A stretch of 64,000 nucleotides of DNA from a candidate division Zixibacteria bacterium HGW-Zixibacteria-1 (GTDB taxonomy: Bacteria; Zixibacteria; MSB-5A5; GN15; PGXB01), in the NCBI GenBank assembly GCA_002838945.1, contig PGXB01000017.1, forward strand, positions 1,185 to 65,184, written 5' to 3'. The position numbers and the translations under genes were made by a program. The notes below the pieces were generated by a model. It was not told where the DNA came from, made no database searches, and saw nothing but the letters and a program-made list of their open reading frames with translations. Shown in pieces: positions 1 to 9,412 of this stretch; within the stretch, counting starts at the first letter, position 1, and every line of letters starts with the position of its first letter.

Positions 1-156
1 TTCGCCGCCGGCTAATTTAGTCTTGGAATTCTTGGTGATATATTCCCTGTACTTCCAGACATTGTTATCGGCAGTCTTTGCAGCAAAGACACTAAGTGCC
101 ATAAAGGCGACAATTAACAAGGAGAGTATGATAATTGCCGATAATCTCTTTGTCAT
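1..156 (-). CDS. hypothetical secreted or membrane-anchored protein, first 52 codons only (gene runs off the left edge)
   Basis: Minus-strand ATG at 154-156 is preceded by GAAAGGAG. Translation MTKRLSAIIILSLLIVAFMALSVFAAKTADNN looks like a signal peptide. It is too short for the ORF track. The + strand ORF 23-241 is probably its shadow. Confidence 0.45.
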   Translation of the reverse strand, partial: MTKRLSAIIILSLLIVAFMALSVFAAKTADNNVWKYREYITKNSKTKLAGGE

Positions 157-936
157 TCTTTTTCTCCTTTCGAAGACCTCAACATTAAGTTCCCAACTTA
201 TCTCCTGCGAGAATCAGTCATTAAAAAGTAACAAGTATTAAAGATTGTTAATGAACCATATTTTCATGGTTCCAAACGTACCTTTCTCTTACCCGGCAAT
301 CACCTCCTTACTATGATCCAAAAAAAATGAGGTTAAAGTCAAGCTCCTGTTTACTCAATAATTTTTTTTACTTCCGGCTTAACCACTGAAGTAATTTAAC
401 AGTAGTTCGTGGCATCAAACAACCCACCGCCCAAAAAAACATTGCCCGACCATCGCTGACATTTAATCAGCAAGTGAGGTAATTTGCAAGATGATTAAAT
501 ATATCACGCAACCGAATTTATGTCAATAATAAAAATTCCAAAATGTTCCAAAACATTGATAGTAATATAAGAGATTTGGAGACATCGTCGTAGTTATTGC
601 GTTTAAAACACACGGTGCCGCCGGAAAACCGACGACACCGTCTTGGGAGGGATATTAGGTCACCGGAATTATAATAAATAAAATAAAAAAAGGAAATGAT
701 TTTTTATGACATAACTTTGATTTTTCAACTTTTTAAGGCTATTAATTGGACTTCCAGCCAAATTTCATTCAAAAATCTCAAAAAATCGGGCCAATTCAGA
801 GCCAAATGCCAATCACCAAATTAAACTTGACAAGACGCCGTATAAATGGTTGTTTGCAAAGCAAATAAAGGCAAACCGGCGCGGCATCTGTGTCCGACGG
901 CAATTAGTATTTATGTGATCTGAGAAAGGACCTTAA

Positions 937-3051
937 ATGAACGGTCTTGAATACATTTTTAGGCCCAAATCGGTTGCCGTCATTGGCGCCTCCGCCCGCA
1001 AGGGAACTATCGGGCGGGAAATTCTTCATAACTTGATTGTCAACGAATTCAATGGTAAGGTCTTTCCGGTTAATCCGAATTACGATGTCATACATTCGAT
1101 TAAGTGTTATTCGACAATTCTGGACGTTCCTGATGCTGTCGATCTGGCTATTATGGTGGTGCCCAGGGATGCGGTTCCGGATATGGCCGAAAAATGTGGT
1201 AATAAAGGGGTTCGCGGTATGGTCGTAATTTCAGCCGGCTTTAAGGAAGTCGGCGGCCATGGCATAGAACTTGAAAATAAACTGATCGAAATTTGTCGGA
1301 AATATAGAATAAGGATGATCGGCCCCAATTGCTATGGCGTCATTAACACTGATCCCGATTATCGCTTGAACTGTACCTTTGGCAAGACAGCGGCCCTGCC
1401 CGGAAATGTCGGTTTTATATCGCAATCCGGCGGACTGGGCGAAGCTATCCTGAATCACGCCCGGGAACTCGGACTCGGTTTTTCGATGTTTGCCTCAATC
1501 GGCAACAAGGCCGATATTTCGGCCAATGATATTCTCAAATATTGCAAGGATGATCCGCGGACAGAAGTTATCCTCCTGTACCTTGAGAACTTCGGTAATC
1601 CCCGGCGTTTCACCAAAATAGCCAGAGAAATATCCCGAACCAAACCGATAGTGGCGGTTAAATCGGGCAGAACCCTGCAGGGGGCAAGAGCGGCCTCATC
1701 ACATACCGGCGCCCTGGCCGAACTTGATGTGGCGGTTGATGCTCTGTTCGATCAATGCGGGGTAATGAGGGTATCATCGGTAGAAGAAATGTTTGATGTC
1801 GCATCGGCTCTTGCCAACCAGCCCATTCCCAAAGGGAATCGGGTTGCGATCGTTTCCAATGCCGGCGGCCCGGCGCTTCTTGCCACCGACGCGCTGGTCG
1901 GTTTGGGTTTGCAGTTGCCGCCTTATACCGGCGAGACCAAAAGGAAGTTGAAAAAAGCTCTTTCAGGACAAGGCGATGTAAATAATCCGCTTGACCTCAT
2001 TGCCGGAGCCGGAGGGCAATCATTCAAGGCTGCTTTAAGCGTTGTCAAAGATGATAAAAACTATGACAGCATAATGCCGATCTTTGTCCCTCCTGTTACT
2101 ATTAACCAGATGGAAGTGGCTAATTCGATCCTTGATGGCATAAAAGGCACCAATAAGCCGGTCCTGGCATGCTTCATGGGGGCCGGTGAAGGATCGCAGG
2201 CCGTTGAATATCTTAAAAAGAACGGAATACCGGTATATCAGTTTCCTGAGGCCATTGCCAATACTTTGTCTCATCTGGACTTACATCGAAAATGGTTGGA
2301 CCGCCCCCTGGGGAAATACAAAAGCTTCCGGGTCAATAAGGAACAGGTCCAAAATATTATCAATAGCACCCTGAAAGCCGGCCAAAAGAGTATCGTCGGG
2401 GAGACCGCCCTTGAAATTCTGACTCATTACGGTATTCCGGCTCCCAGGAACATCATAGCCAATAGTGAAAAGGAGGCGGTCGCTGCCGCGGAGGAAATCG
2501 GCTACCCGGTCGTCGTTAAGATTAACACGCCCATCATTTTGCACAAAACCGAATTTGGCGCAGTCGTGGTCGATCTACGGACAAGCAAGGAAGTAAAAGC
2601 TGCCTTCAACGATTTGAGAAAGAAAACTGCTGCGGTAGCAAAGAAGGGGAAGCCCGAGAAATTCTCGGTCTTTGTTCAGGAGATGATAACGGGCGGTGTC
2701 GAGACGGTCATCGGCATGTCCACCGATGAAGCCTTTGGTCCATTGATTATGTTCGGCTTAGGCGGTATTTATGTGGAAATTCTTAAGGATGTTGCCTTTA
2801 GAATCAACCCGCTGAGCGATACCGATGTCGAAGAAATGATCAGCGGTTTGAAATCGTATCCGCTCCTGACCGGATTCCGCGGATCGGAAGCTGTTGACCT
2901 GGTTACATTAAAAGAATCTTTGCTCAGACTGTCTCAACTTGTCTCAGATTTTGATATTATTTCCGAGATCGACATCAATCCCTTTATTGCCTGCCGCAAA
3001 AAGGGTTGTTCCAAGGCAGTCGATGCCAGATTTATATTAAATGCCCGATGA
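937..3051 (+). CDS. acetate--CoA ligase (ADP-forming) family protein, fused alpha/beta type (CoA-binding + succinyl-CoA-synthetase-like + ATP-grasp)
   Basis: 704 aa. N-terminus is IFRPKSVAVIGASARKGTIGREIL (CoA-binding Rossmann), followed by ISQSGGLG and VKSGRT motifs. The C-terminal ATP-grasp region contains GYPVVVKI. Confidence 0.85.
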   Translation: MNGLEYIFRPKSVAVIGASARKGTIGREILHNLIVNEFNGKVFPVNPNYDVIHSIKCYSTILDVPDAVDLAIMVVPRDAVPDMAEKCGNKGVRGMVVISAGFKEVGGHGIELENKLIEICRKYRIRMIGPNCYGVINTDPDYRLNCTFGKTAALPGNVGFISQSGGLGEAILNHARELGLGFSMFASIGNKADISANDILKYCKDDPRTEVILLYLENFGNPRRFTKIAREISRTKPIVAVKSGRTLQGARAASSHTGALAELDVAVDALFDQCGVMRVSSVEEMFDVASALANQPIPKGNRVAIVSNAGGPALLATDALVGLGLQLPPYTGETKRKLKKALSGQGDVNNPLDLIAGAGGQSFKAALSVVKDDKNYDSIMPIFVPPVTINQMEVANSILDGIKGTNKPVLACFMGAGEGSQAVEYLKKNGIPVYQFPEAIANTLSHLDLHRKWLDRPLGKYKSFRVNKEQVQNIINSTLKAGQKSIVGETALEILTHYGIPAPRNIIANSEKEAVAAAEEIGYPVVVKINTPIILHKTEFGAVVVDLRTSKEVKAAFNDLRKKTAAVAKKGKPEKFSVFVQEMITGGVETVIGMSTDEAFGPLIMFGLGGIYVEILKDVAFRINPLSDTDVEEMISGLKSYPLLTGFRGSEAVDLVTLKESLLRLSQLVSDFDIISEIDINPFIACRKKGCSKAVDARFILNAR

Positions 3052-3188
3052 TTGCCGAAAAGGTCGGTAGTTTTATATTGAGCAGCATTGGCAGGGCATT
3101 TATATTGTATTTTTTGGCGGCCCGATGAAGAGGCCGCAAGACCTATAATTAAGAGTAGAAATTTATTTGTGTCTAAAGAGGTCAAGCT

Positions 3189-3689
3189 ATGAAACTGGAA
3201 CTTAAAAGTGTTAGTTATTGGCCACTTTTAAAAGTCTCATTCGTGGTCAACATGATTCTCGGCTTTATTATGGGCCTGTTTATGGCCCTGTTTATGGGGG
3301 CTATTCTCAGTCTGGCAGGAACTATGTCAGGCATTTATGGCGGTATGAGCGGTATGGAAGAAGAAATGCCGCCACTGGGCTTATTGATCGTACTATATCC
3401 GATACTGGGAGCCTTCTTCGGTGCTATCGTTTATACTATAGTTTTCCTGATACTCGCCTTTATTTATAATATTATGGTAAAGCTGGTTGGCGGGTTGGAA
3501 TTCGAGTTCGCCGAAGTAAAGATGCAGCCGATGCCATATGCATATCCGCCGCCGCCTCAGAATCAACCCCAATACCAGCCGCCCTATCAGCCTCCGGCGC
3601 CACCACCACCGCCGCCACCGGTTAAGCCTCTTCCACCCGATATCCCGCCGCCGACAGACAGCTCCGACAAAGATGAAGAAAGACTTTAA
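3189..3689 (+). CDS. DUF3566-like integral membrane protein with proline-rich C-terminal tail
   Basis: N-terminal SVSYWPLLKVSFVVNMILGF pattern and 3-4 hydrophobic segments. The tail is PPPPQNQPQYQPPYQPPAPPPPPPPVKPLPPDIPPP. Confidence 0.6.
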   Translation: MKLELKSVSYWPLLKVSFVVNMILGFIMGLFMALFMGAILSLAGTMSGIYGGMSGMEEEMPPLGLLIVLYPILGAFFGAIVYTIVFLILAFIYNIMVKLVGGLEFEFAEVKMQPMPYAYPPPPQNQPQYQPPYQPPAPPPPPPPVKPLPPDIPPPTDSSDKDEERL

Positions 3690-3723
3690 TATAGTAATAT
3701 AATACATGTGAGCACAACACCTT

Positions 3724-5172
3724 ATGACGTCAGAAACAATCAGAGTCAGAATAGCCCCATCACCCACCGGATACCTTCACGTGGGAACTGCCAGAACCGC
3801 CATATTCAACTGGCTTTTTGCGAGAAACAGCGGAGGAAAATTCATTGTCCGTATTGAAGATACTGATATCGAACGATCCCAGGCGGATTTAGTCGAACCG
3901 ATTCTTGACGCTCTCAAATGGCTGGGTCTTGATTGGGACGAGGAACCTTATTTCCAGTCTCAGCGGATGGACAGATATAATCCTTATGTCGAAAGGTTGC
4001 TGCAAAGCGCCCACGCCTATCGTTGTTTTTGCACCCCCGAGGAACTCGAGCGGCGGCGCAACGCAGCCATGGCCGCCAAGGAATCGCCCAGTTATAATAA
4101 GAAATGCCGAAATCTGTCCGAGCATGAAATTACGGATAATCTTAATAAGGGAATGCCGTTTGCCGTAAGGCTGGCCATTCCCGACGGTGAGACAAGCTAT
4201 GATGATCTTGTCTCGGGGACAATTACCCGGCAGAATAGCGAAATCGAAGATTTTGTGGTGCTTCGCAATGACGGCCGGGCCGTTTACAATATGGCGGTGG
4301 TCGTGGACGACCACGAGATGGCCATTACTCACGTTATCCGCGGCAATGACCATATCAGCAACACTTTCAAACAAGTACACATATACCGGGGACTGGGGCT
4401 TGATATTCCCAAATTTGCGCATGTACCGCTGATTCTCAGGCCGGATAAGAAGAAGGTTTCAAAGCGCCTGGGCGATAAGGACGTCGCCGAATACGGCAAG
4501 GATGGTATTTTGCCCGAAGCGCTGTTTAATTTCCTTTGCTTGCTGGGATGGTCGCCTAAGGATGACCGCGAGTTCCTGCCCCGCGAGGAATTAATAAGGA
4601 TTTTCACGCTGGATAATGTCAACCGCGCCAATCCTATTTTCAACGAAGAAAAGTTGCTATCTTTGAACGCCGAGTATATTCGCAGCATGTCGGATCATGA
4701 TCTGGCGGTAATAGCCGGTCCGTTATTGGTCGAGGCCGGGCACACGACCAAGTACTGGTTGGAAACCAGATGGGACTATTTGCGAAAGGTTGTCGGCCTC
4801 TTGAAGGAGAGGTGCCGTCGGACCACCGATTTTGTCAGGTTGAGCGGCTATTTCTTCTTTTCCGATTTTCAATATGATCCCGACGCGGCCAAAAAGACCT
4901 TTACACCGGAAAGCAAAGAGTATTTGATAAAACTACTTGAAAAATTCGGAAGTATCGATAAATTCACGAAGGAAAGCCTGGAGGCCGCTTTGAATAACGT
5001 CGCCGGGCAAATCGACGTTAAAAAAGGGAAGTTGATACATCCGACTCGATTGGCCGTATCCGGTATTTCGGAAGGACCGGGATTGTATGACATTCTGGAA
5101 GCTATCGGCAAAGAGGAGACTGTCAAACGGATTAAAAGAGCCATTGAATTCATAGATAATCAGGAGGGTTGA
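3724..5172 (+). CDS. gltX: glutamate--tRNA ligase
   Basis: RIAPSPTGYLHVGTARTAIFNWLFAR (class I HIGH region) and KVSKRLG (KMSKS-like). 482 aa. Confidence 0.95.
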   Translation: MTSETIRVRIAPSPTGYLHVGTARTAIFNWLFARNSGGKFIVRIEDTDIERSQADLVEPILDALKWLGLDWDEEPYFQSQRMDRYNPYVERLLQSAHAYRCFCTPEELERRRNAAMAAKESPSYNKKCRNLSEHEITDNLNKGMPFAVRLAIPDGETSYDDLVSGTITRQNSEIEDFVVLRNDGRAVYNMAVVVDDHEMAITHVIRGNDHISNTFKQVHIYRGLGLDIPKFAHVPLILRPDKKKVSKRLGDKDVAEYGKDGILPEALFNFLCLLGWSPKDDREFLPREELIRIFTLDNVNRANPIFNEEKLLSLNAEYIRSMSDHDLAVIAGPLLVEAGHTTKYWLETRWDYLRKVVGLLKERCRRTTDFVRLSGYFFFSDFQYDPDAAKKTFTPESKEYLIKLLEKFGSIDKFTKESLEAALNNVAGQIDVKKGKLIHPTRLAVSGISEGPGLYDILEAIGKEETVKRIKRAIEFIDNQEG

Positions 5173-5175
5173 GCC

Positions 5176-5340
5176 ATGGAACCACGGGAAAAACTGGAAA
5201 AAGAGATCGCGGATCTGGAAAAGAAACTGGCTAAGGACCATTTCGGCGGTATTGTCGATCGTGCCGGGCGCAGAAAGAAAGAGGACCACCTGAGAAAACT
5301 AAAAAAAGAACTGGAGAAGTTAATTAAAGAAAGTAAATGA
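5176..5340 (+). CDS. small charged coiled-coil protein (54 aa), hypothetical
   Basis: ATG lies 4 nt after the gltX stop. Translation is MEPREKLEKEIADLEKKLAKDHFGG...KLKKELEKLIKESK. It is below the ORF-track length cutoff and I recognise no homology. Confidence 0.3.
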   Translation: MEPREKLEKEIADLEKKLAKDHFGGIVDRAGRRKKEDHLRKLKKELEKLIKESK

Positions 5341-5402
5341 CCGGGACATGATGAGGACTATCCGGGAACGGTCAGGATAAATAAGTTTTAAGGAGATGAT
5401 TG

Positions 5403-5906
5403 ATGAGCAATGATGTTTTCAAGGATAAAGCTCTGCTTCTGAAAAGCGCTATAAAGAGCGAGATTGATGGATTCACATTTTATGATCTTTTATCCAAGCA
5501 GGCCGCCAATACCGAGGCCAAACGAAGACTCGAGAATTTGCGCAATGACGAGGCCCGGCATCGCGCCACCCTGATAGACATCTATAAAAAGGAAGTCGGC
5601 GGCGAAATCGGGGCACTGCCTGATACCGGTATCAGTCCGTTGCAAAAGGCCTTTGTCGGCGGCAAATTGAAAAAATTCAATTCCGAGGTGGAGTATATCA
5701 ATCTGGCCATCGAGGCGGAACTCGATGCCGTCGAGTTTTACAAAAAAGGTTCCGCTATTATTTCGGATGCCGGCTTCAAGAATATCATGAAGGAAATGGC
5801 CGAGGAAGAAAGCGGTCATTATGAGATATTGATGGCCGAGAGAGAAGCGCTCTCCGGGAATTATTTCTGGTTCTCATCCGACGGCACGTCGCCGATGGAA
5901 GACTGA
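5403..5906 (+). CDS. rubrerythrin-type ferritin-like diiron domain protein (lacks the rubredoxin domain)
   Basis: Two E...ExxH pairs (SEIDG...NDEARH and IEAELDAVEFY...EEESGH). AAGGAG lies 7 nt upstream of ATG 5403; the ORF track starts at TTG 5400. Confidence 0.75.
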   Translation: MSNDVFKDKALLLKSAIKSEIDGFTFYDLLSKQAANTEAKRRLENLRNDEARHRATLIDIYKKEVGGEIGALPDTGISPLQKAFVGGKLKKFNSEVEYINLAIEAELDAVEFYKKGSAIISDAGFKNIMKEMAEEESGHYEILMAEREALSGNYFWFSSDGTSPMED

Positions 5907-5924
5907 TAATCGGGAGGGATTCAG

Positions 5925-6035
5925 ATGAAATGGGTCTGTGAAGTTTGCGGCTATGTGCACGACGGGGAAGAGCCGCCCGAGGTTTGCCCCATCTGCGGCG
6001 CCCCGACCGATAAATTCTCCAAATTGGAAGAGTAG
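5925..6035 (+). CDS. rubredoxin-type Fe(Cys)4 mini-protein (36 aa)
   Basis: Translation is MKWVCEVCGYVHDGEEPPEVCPICGAPTDKFSKLEE, with two CxxC knuckles. GGGAGGGA lies upstream. It starts 18 nt after the ferritin-like gene. Confidence 0.7.
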   Translation: MKWVCEVCGYVHDGEEPPEVCPICGAPTDKFSKLEE

Positions 6036-6040
6036 GGATC

Positions 6041-6526
6041 ATGCCGTTTACATTTAAGAAAAAACTCAAGGTCGGGAGTAAAGCTCCCGACTTTGCTCTG
6101 CCGTCGCATCTTGGCGGCAAGATCCGTCTGTCCGATTTCAAAGGCAAAAAAAACGTCCTGCTGGCTTTTTACCCGATGGACTGGACGACTATCTGCACCA
6201 ACCAGATTCCATCGTATGAACAAGAGTTGCAGCGTTTCGAACGATTCAACACGCAGGTTTTGTCGATATCGGTTGATTCGGTACCGTGCCACCAGAACTG
6301 GCAAAAAACGCTGGGGGGGATTACTTATCCGATGCTGGCCGATAATTCACCGCATGGTGAGGTCAGCCGTCGATATGGTGTCCTGACCGAATCTGATTAC
6401 AGCGATCGGGTGGTTTTCATCATCGACAAAGAGGGTATTATCCGTTTTATAGATCAAATCGGCGTCAAAAACATCCCCGACAACAGCCACATCTTCGAGC
6501 AGCTGGCGATAATTAACCGACAATAA
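6041..6526 (+). CDS. peroxiredoxin (AhpC/TSA, Bcp-like)
   Basis: GSKAPDFALPS followed by FYPMDWTTIC, which fits the PxxxTxxC peroxidatic-Cys motif. 161 aa. Confidence 0.85.
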   Translation: MPFTFKKKLKVGSKAPDFALPSHLGGKIRLSDFKGKKNVLLAFYPMDWTTICTNQIPSYEQELQRFERFNTQVLSISVDSVPCHQNWQKTLGGITYPMLADNSPHGEVSRRYGVLTESDYSDRVVFIIDKEGIIRFIDQIGVKNIPDNSHIFEQLAIINRQ

Positions 6527-6598
6527 TCTGATGGTCCGGGTCCACATTTTCAAATGCAGTCGAAGCAATATTTAGTATCCTGTATCACTTATAACATA

Positions 6599-7159
6599 TT
6601 AGGACAATTCGGTAAAGCCCATTATACAAACGAAATACTCCTTTCTGACAAGTAGCACCTCAATCCAAAGATCGACTGGCATAAACCCCCTTATGGGTCT
6701 ATTACACCATCCTTCCCTCAACGGAAATATGAAAACTGTCTCTTCAATAACAGAATTCGTTTTTTTAAATCTAATATCGGGTAAAGACAATACCATGCAG
6801 CCAGGTTTCTCTTTGGATCGTTCAATCTGGGATTTTTCCCAATCTATTTCGTAAACAAAATCATTTCGTAATTTCGCAGGAGAATAGATTACGGGATCAT
6901 CAATATTCGCATAGAATAATGCATATCCCAATGGATATTTTTTCATTAATTCAGAATTATTTGCCTTTTTATATTCACTCATTACCTCGATGATTTCTGA
7001 TTGATTTGACTTCATCTCATCGGTATCTGATTTCTTGGCGTTAGGATTAAAAAAGCATTCCCACAGTGAAAATATTAATGATAAAATTGCTATAATCGCC
7101 CCAAACACAAAAAGTTTGTTCCAAAAATTCAATCTTTTAAATCTACTAATTATATTCAT
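6599..7159 (-). CDS. hypothetical N-terminally membrane-anchored protein (orphan, AT-rich)
   Basis: 186-aa ORF with one N-terminal TM helix (LFVFGAIIAILSLIFSLW). I recognise no family. The local sequence is markedly AT-rich. Confidence 0.55.
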   Translation of the reverse strand: MNIISRFKRLNFWNKLFVFGAIIAILSLIFSLWECFFNPNAKKSDTDEMKSNQSEIIEVMSEYKKANNSELMKKYPLGYALFYANIDDPVIYSPAKLRNDFVYEIDWEKSQIERSKEKPGCMVLSLPDIRFKKTNSVIEETVFIFPLREGWCNRPIRGFMPVDLWIEVLLVRKEYFVCIMGFTELS

Positions 7160-7451
7160 ATAACTACTTTCTAAAAATGATTTTGGATCATTTGAATAGG
7201 TGTCGATAAGCTATGTATAATCCCAACAAAGGAATATACTATTTTATTTATTTAAATTGCAACAAGAAACCGAAGACATATTTGATCTTGCGGCGTCATA
7301 AAGTAGAAAACAATCCGTATTCATTCAATAAGAGCGAATCGAAATCCACCTTTGAGGTGCGTTTGATATGTTTGACTTAATGCTGAATTGTGGATACTTA
7401 CACTGTAACACCAATTGCGCGTGCCGACATGTATTCGCATGTAAAATATTA

Positions 7452-9173
7452 TTATTCCTTATTCGCCATTTTTGCCCAGGAGTCGCGGAGGCCGACGGTA
7501 CGGTTGAACACCAGATGCCCCGGTTTCGAATCGACTGAGTCAGCCACGAAATATCCCTGCCGTAAAAACTGGTAAAATTTCCCTGACTCGGCCTTGGCCA
7601 GCGACGGTTCCAGCTTGCACCCCTTTAGGACTTCCAGTGATTTCGGATTTACTGTGGCCATGAAATCTTCATCCTCAAGCGGGTTCTCTTTGGTAAAGAG
7701 GCTGTCATACAGCCGCACTACGGCATCGAGAGCATGCGCTGCCGATACCCAGTGAAGCGTCCCTTTGACCTTGCGCCCGTCGGGCGCCGAACCGCCGGTA
7801 GTTGCGGGGTCATAAGTGCAGTGAAGCTCGACGATATTGCCGTTGGTGTCCTTTATAACACTCTCGCACTTGATAAAGTAGGTGTGTTTAAGGCGCACTT
7901 CGCGGCCGGGGGAGAGGCGGAAGAATTTCTTCGGCGGGTCCTCCATAAAATCATCGCGCTCGACATAAATTATTTTCGAAAAGGGCACCTGACGGGTTCC
8001 ATCGGCCGGGTTTTCCGGGTTGTTGTCCGCCTCGATCAATTCAACTTTATCATCAGGATAATTATCGATAACCACTTTGAGCGGATTCAGCACCGCCATC
8101 ACGCGCTGTGCACGCAGATTGAGATCCTCGCGCAAAGTATGTTCCAAAAGCGCTATATCGACCATGCTCTCGCGTTTGGCGACGCCAATCCGGTCACAGA
8201 AACGACGGACCGCTTCCGGGGTATAGCCGCGTCTTCGCAGACCCGACAGGGTCGGCATGCGGGGATCATCCCACCCGGTAACATGGCCGCCGGTCACAAG
8301 CTGGATCAGTTTGCGCTTGCTGACAACGGTATAGGTGATATTAAGCCGGGCGAATTCAATTTGCCGCGGATGATGGATTCCAAGATGTTTGACAAACCAA
8401 TCATAGAGCGGCCGGTGATCCTCGAAACTTATATCGCACAAAGAATGGGTAATCCCCTCGATAGAATCGGACTGACCGTGCGCCCAGTCATACATGGGAT
8501 AAATGCACCATTTGTCGCCGGTGCGGTGGTGAGTCGCATGCATCACGCGGTACATCACCGGGTCGCGTAAATTGATATTGGGAGCCGCCATGTCGATTTT
8601 GGCGCGAAGCACTTTTGAGCCGTCCGGGAACTCGCCTTTTTTCATTCGCTCCAGCAAATCGAGGTTTTCGTTAATTGGGCGATTGCGATGCGGGCTTTCT
8701 TTTCCCGGCTCGGTGAGAGTTCCGCGATATTCCCGGATTTCGTCGGGCGAAAGGTCATCGACATAGGCTTTGCCGTCCTTAATCAGCTTGATGGCCCATT
8801 CATAGAGCTGGTCGAAGTAATCGGAAGCATAGAACAGCCGTTCCTCCCAGTCGAAACCGAGCCATTTAATATCCCGCTGCATCGACTCGACATATTCCGA
8901 TTCTTCCTTGATCGGATTGGTGTCATCGAAGCGCAGATTATATTTGCCGCCATATTTTATGGCGGTGCCATAGTTGATGCATATCGCCTTGGCGTGGCCG
9001 ATATGAAGATAGCCATTCGGCTCCGGCGGAAAACGTGTGTGTATATGCTTGTTGAACCTGCCGTTTTTGATATCTTCATCGATAAAGTCCCAGATAAAAT
9101 TACTGGGGGATTCCGGCTCGGCGGCGCTTTCTTTATCTTTTTCTTTGTCTTCCATATTGCTCATATCGTCCAA
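7452..9173 (-). CDS. glnS: glutamine--tRNA ligase
   Basis: [19 protein letters not shown] (HIGH) and VVSKRKL (KMSKS-like). 573 aa with typical GlnRS length and N-terminus. Confidence 0.95.
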   Translation of the reverse strand: MDDMSNMEDKEKDKESAAEPESPSNFIWDFIDEDIKNGRFNKHIHTRFPPEPNGYLHIGHAKAICINYGTAIKYGGKYNLRFDDTNPIKEESEYVESMQRDIKWLGFDWEERLFYASDYFDQLYEWAIKLIKDGKAYVDDLSPDEIREYRGTLTEPGKESPHRNRPINENLDLLERMKKGEFPDGSKVLRAKIDMAAPNINLRDPVMYRVMHATHHRTGDKWCIYPMYDWAHGQSDSIEGITHSLCDISFEDHRPLYDWFVKHLGIHHPRQIEFARLNITYTVVSKRKLIQLVTGGHVTGWDDPRMPTLSGLRRRGYTPEAVRRFCDRIGVAKRESMVDIALLEHTLREDLNLRAQRVMAVLNPLKVVIDNYPDDKVELIEADNNPENPADGTRQVPFSKIIYVERDDFMEDPPKKFFRLSPGREVRLKHTYFIKCESVIKDTNGNIVELHCTYDPATTGGSAPDGRKVKGTLHWVSAAHALDAVVRLYDSLFTKENPLEDEDFMATVNPKSLEVLKGCKLEPSLAKAESGKFYQFLRQGYFVADSVDSKPGHLVFNRTVGLRDSWAKMANKE

Positions 9174-9317
9174 TTTAATAGTAATATTCCATGTTTCAAT
9201 TTATGTCCGGACGGCAACGGGATAATTTGCCATCCAGGCCAATTTCGAAGCTGTTAATATATCACATACGGTTATTTGATGCAAATAATTTACTATCGGG
9301 AACAAAACCCAACAAAA

Positions 9318-9345
9318 TTGATTTTTATTAAATAGTTGTTATATT
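9318..9345 (+). promoter_or_regulatory. possible sigma70-type promoter of nadA
   Basis: TTGATT (9318-9323), 16-nt spacer, TATATT (9340-9345), about 70 nt upstream of the nadA ATG. Confidence 0.3.
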
Positions 9346-9412
9346 GTGAGCGGAAATGCGTATATTTGCCAAATTATGGCATTATGGTGTTAATGAGGAT
9401 GTGATTTAGATC

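Noticed and set aside
23-241. The + strand 72-aa ORF at the left edge.
   Set aside because: The opposite strand has an RBS-preceded ATG with a clean signal peptide (1-156), so the + ORF is its shadow.
9174-9412. A possible NAD+ riboswitch (nadA motif) in the nadA leader.
   Set aside because: I could not find the tandem-domain GC-rich stems expected for that motif. The leader downstream of the putative promoter is only about 65 nt and AT-rich. This needs an Infernal scan to be definitive.
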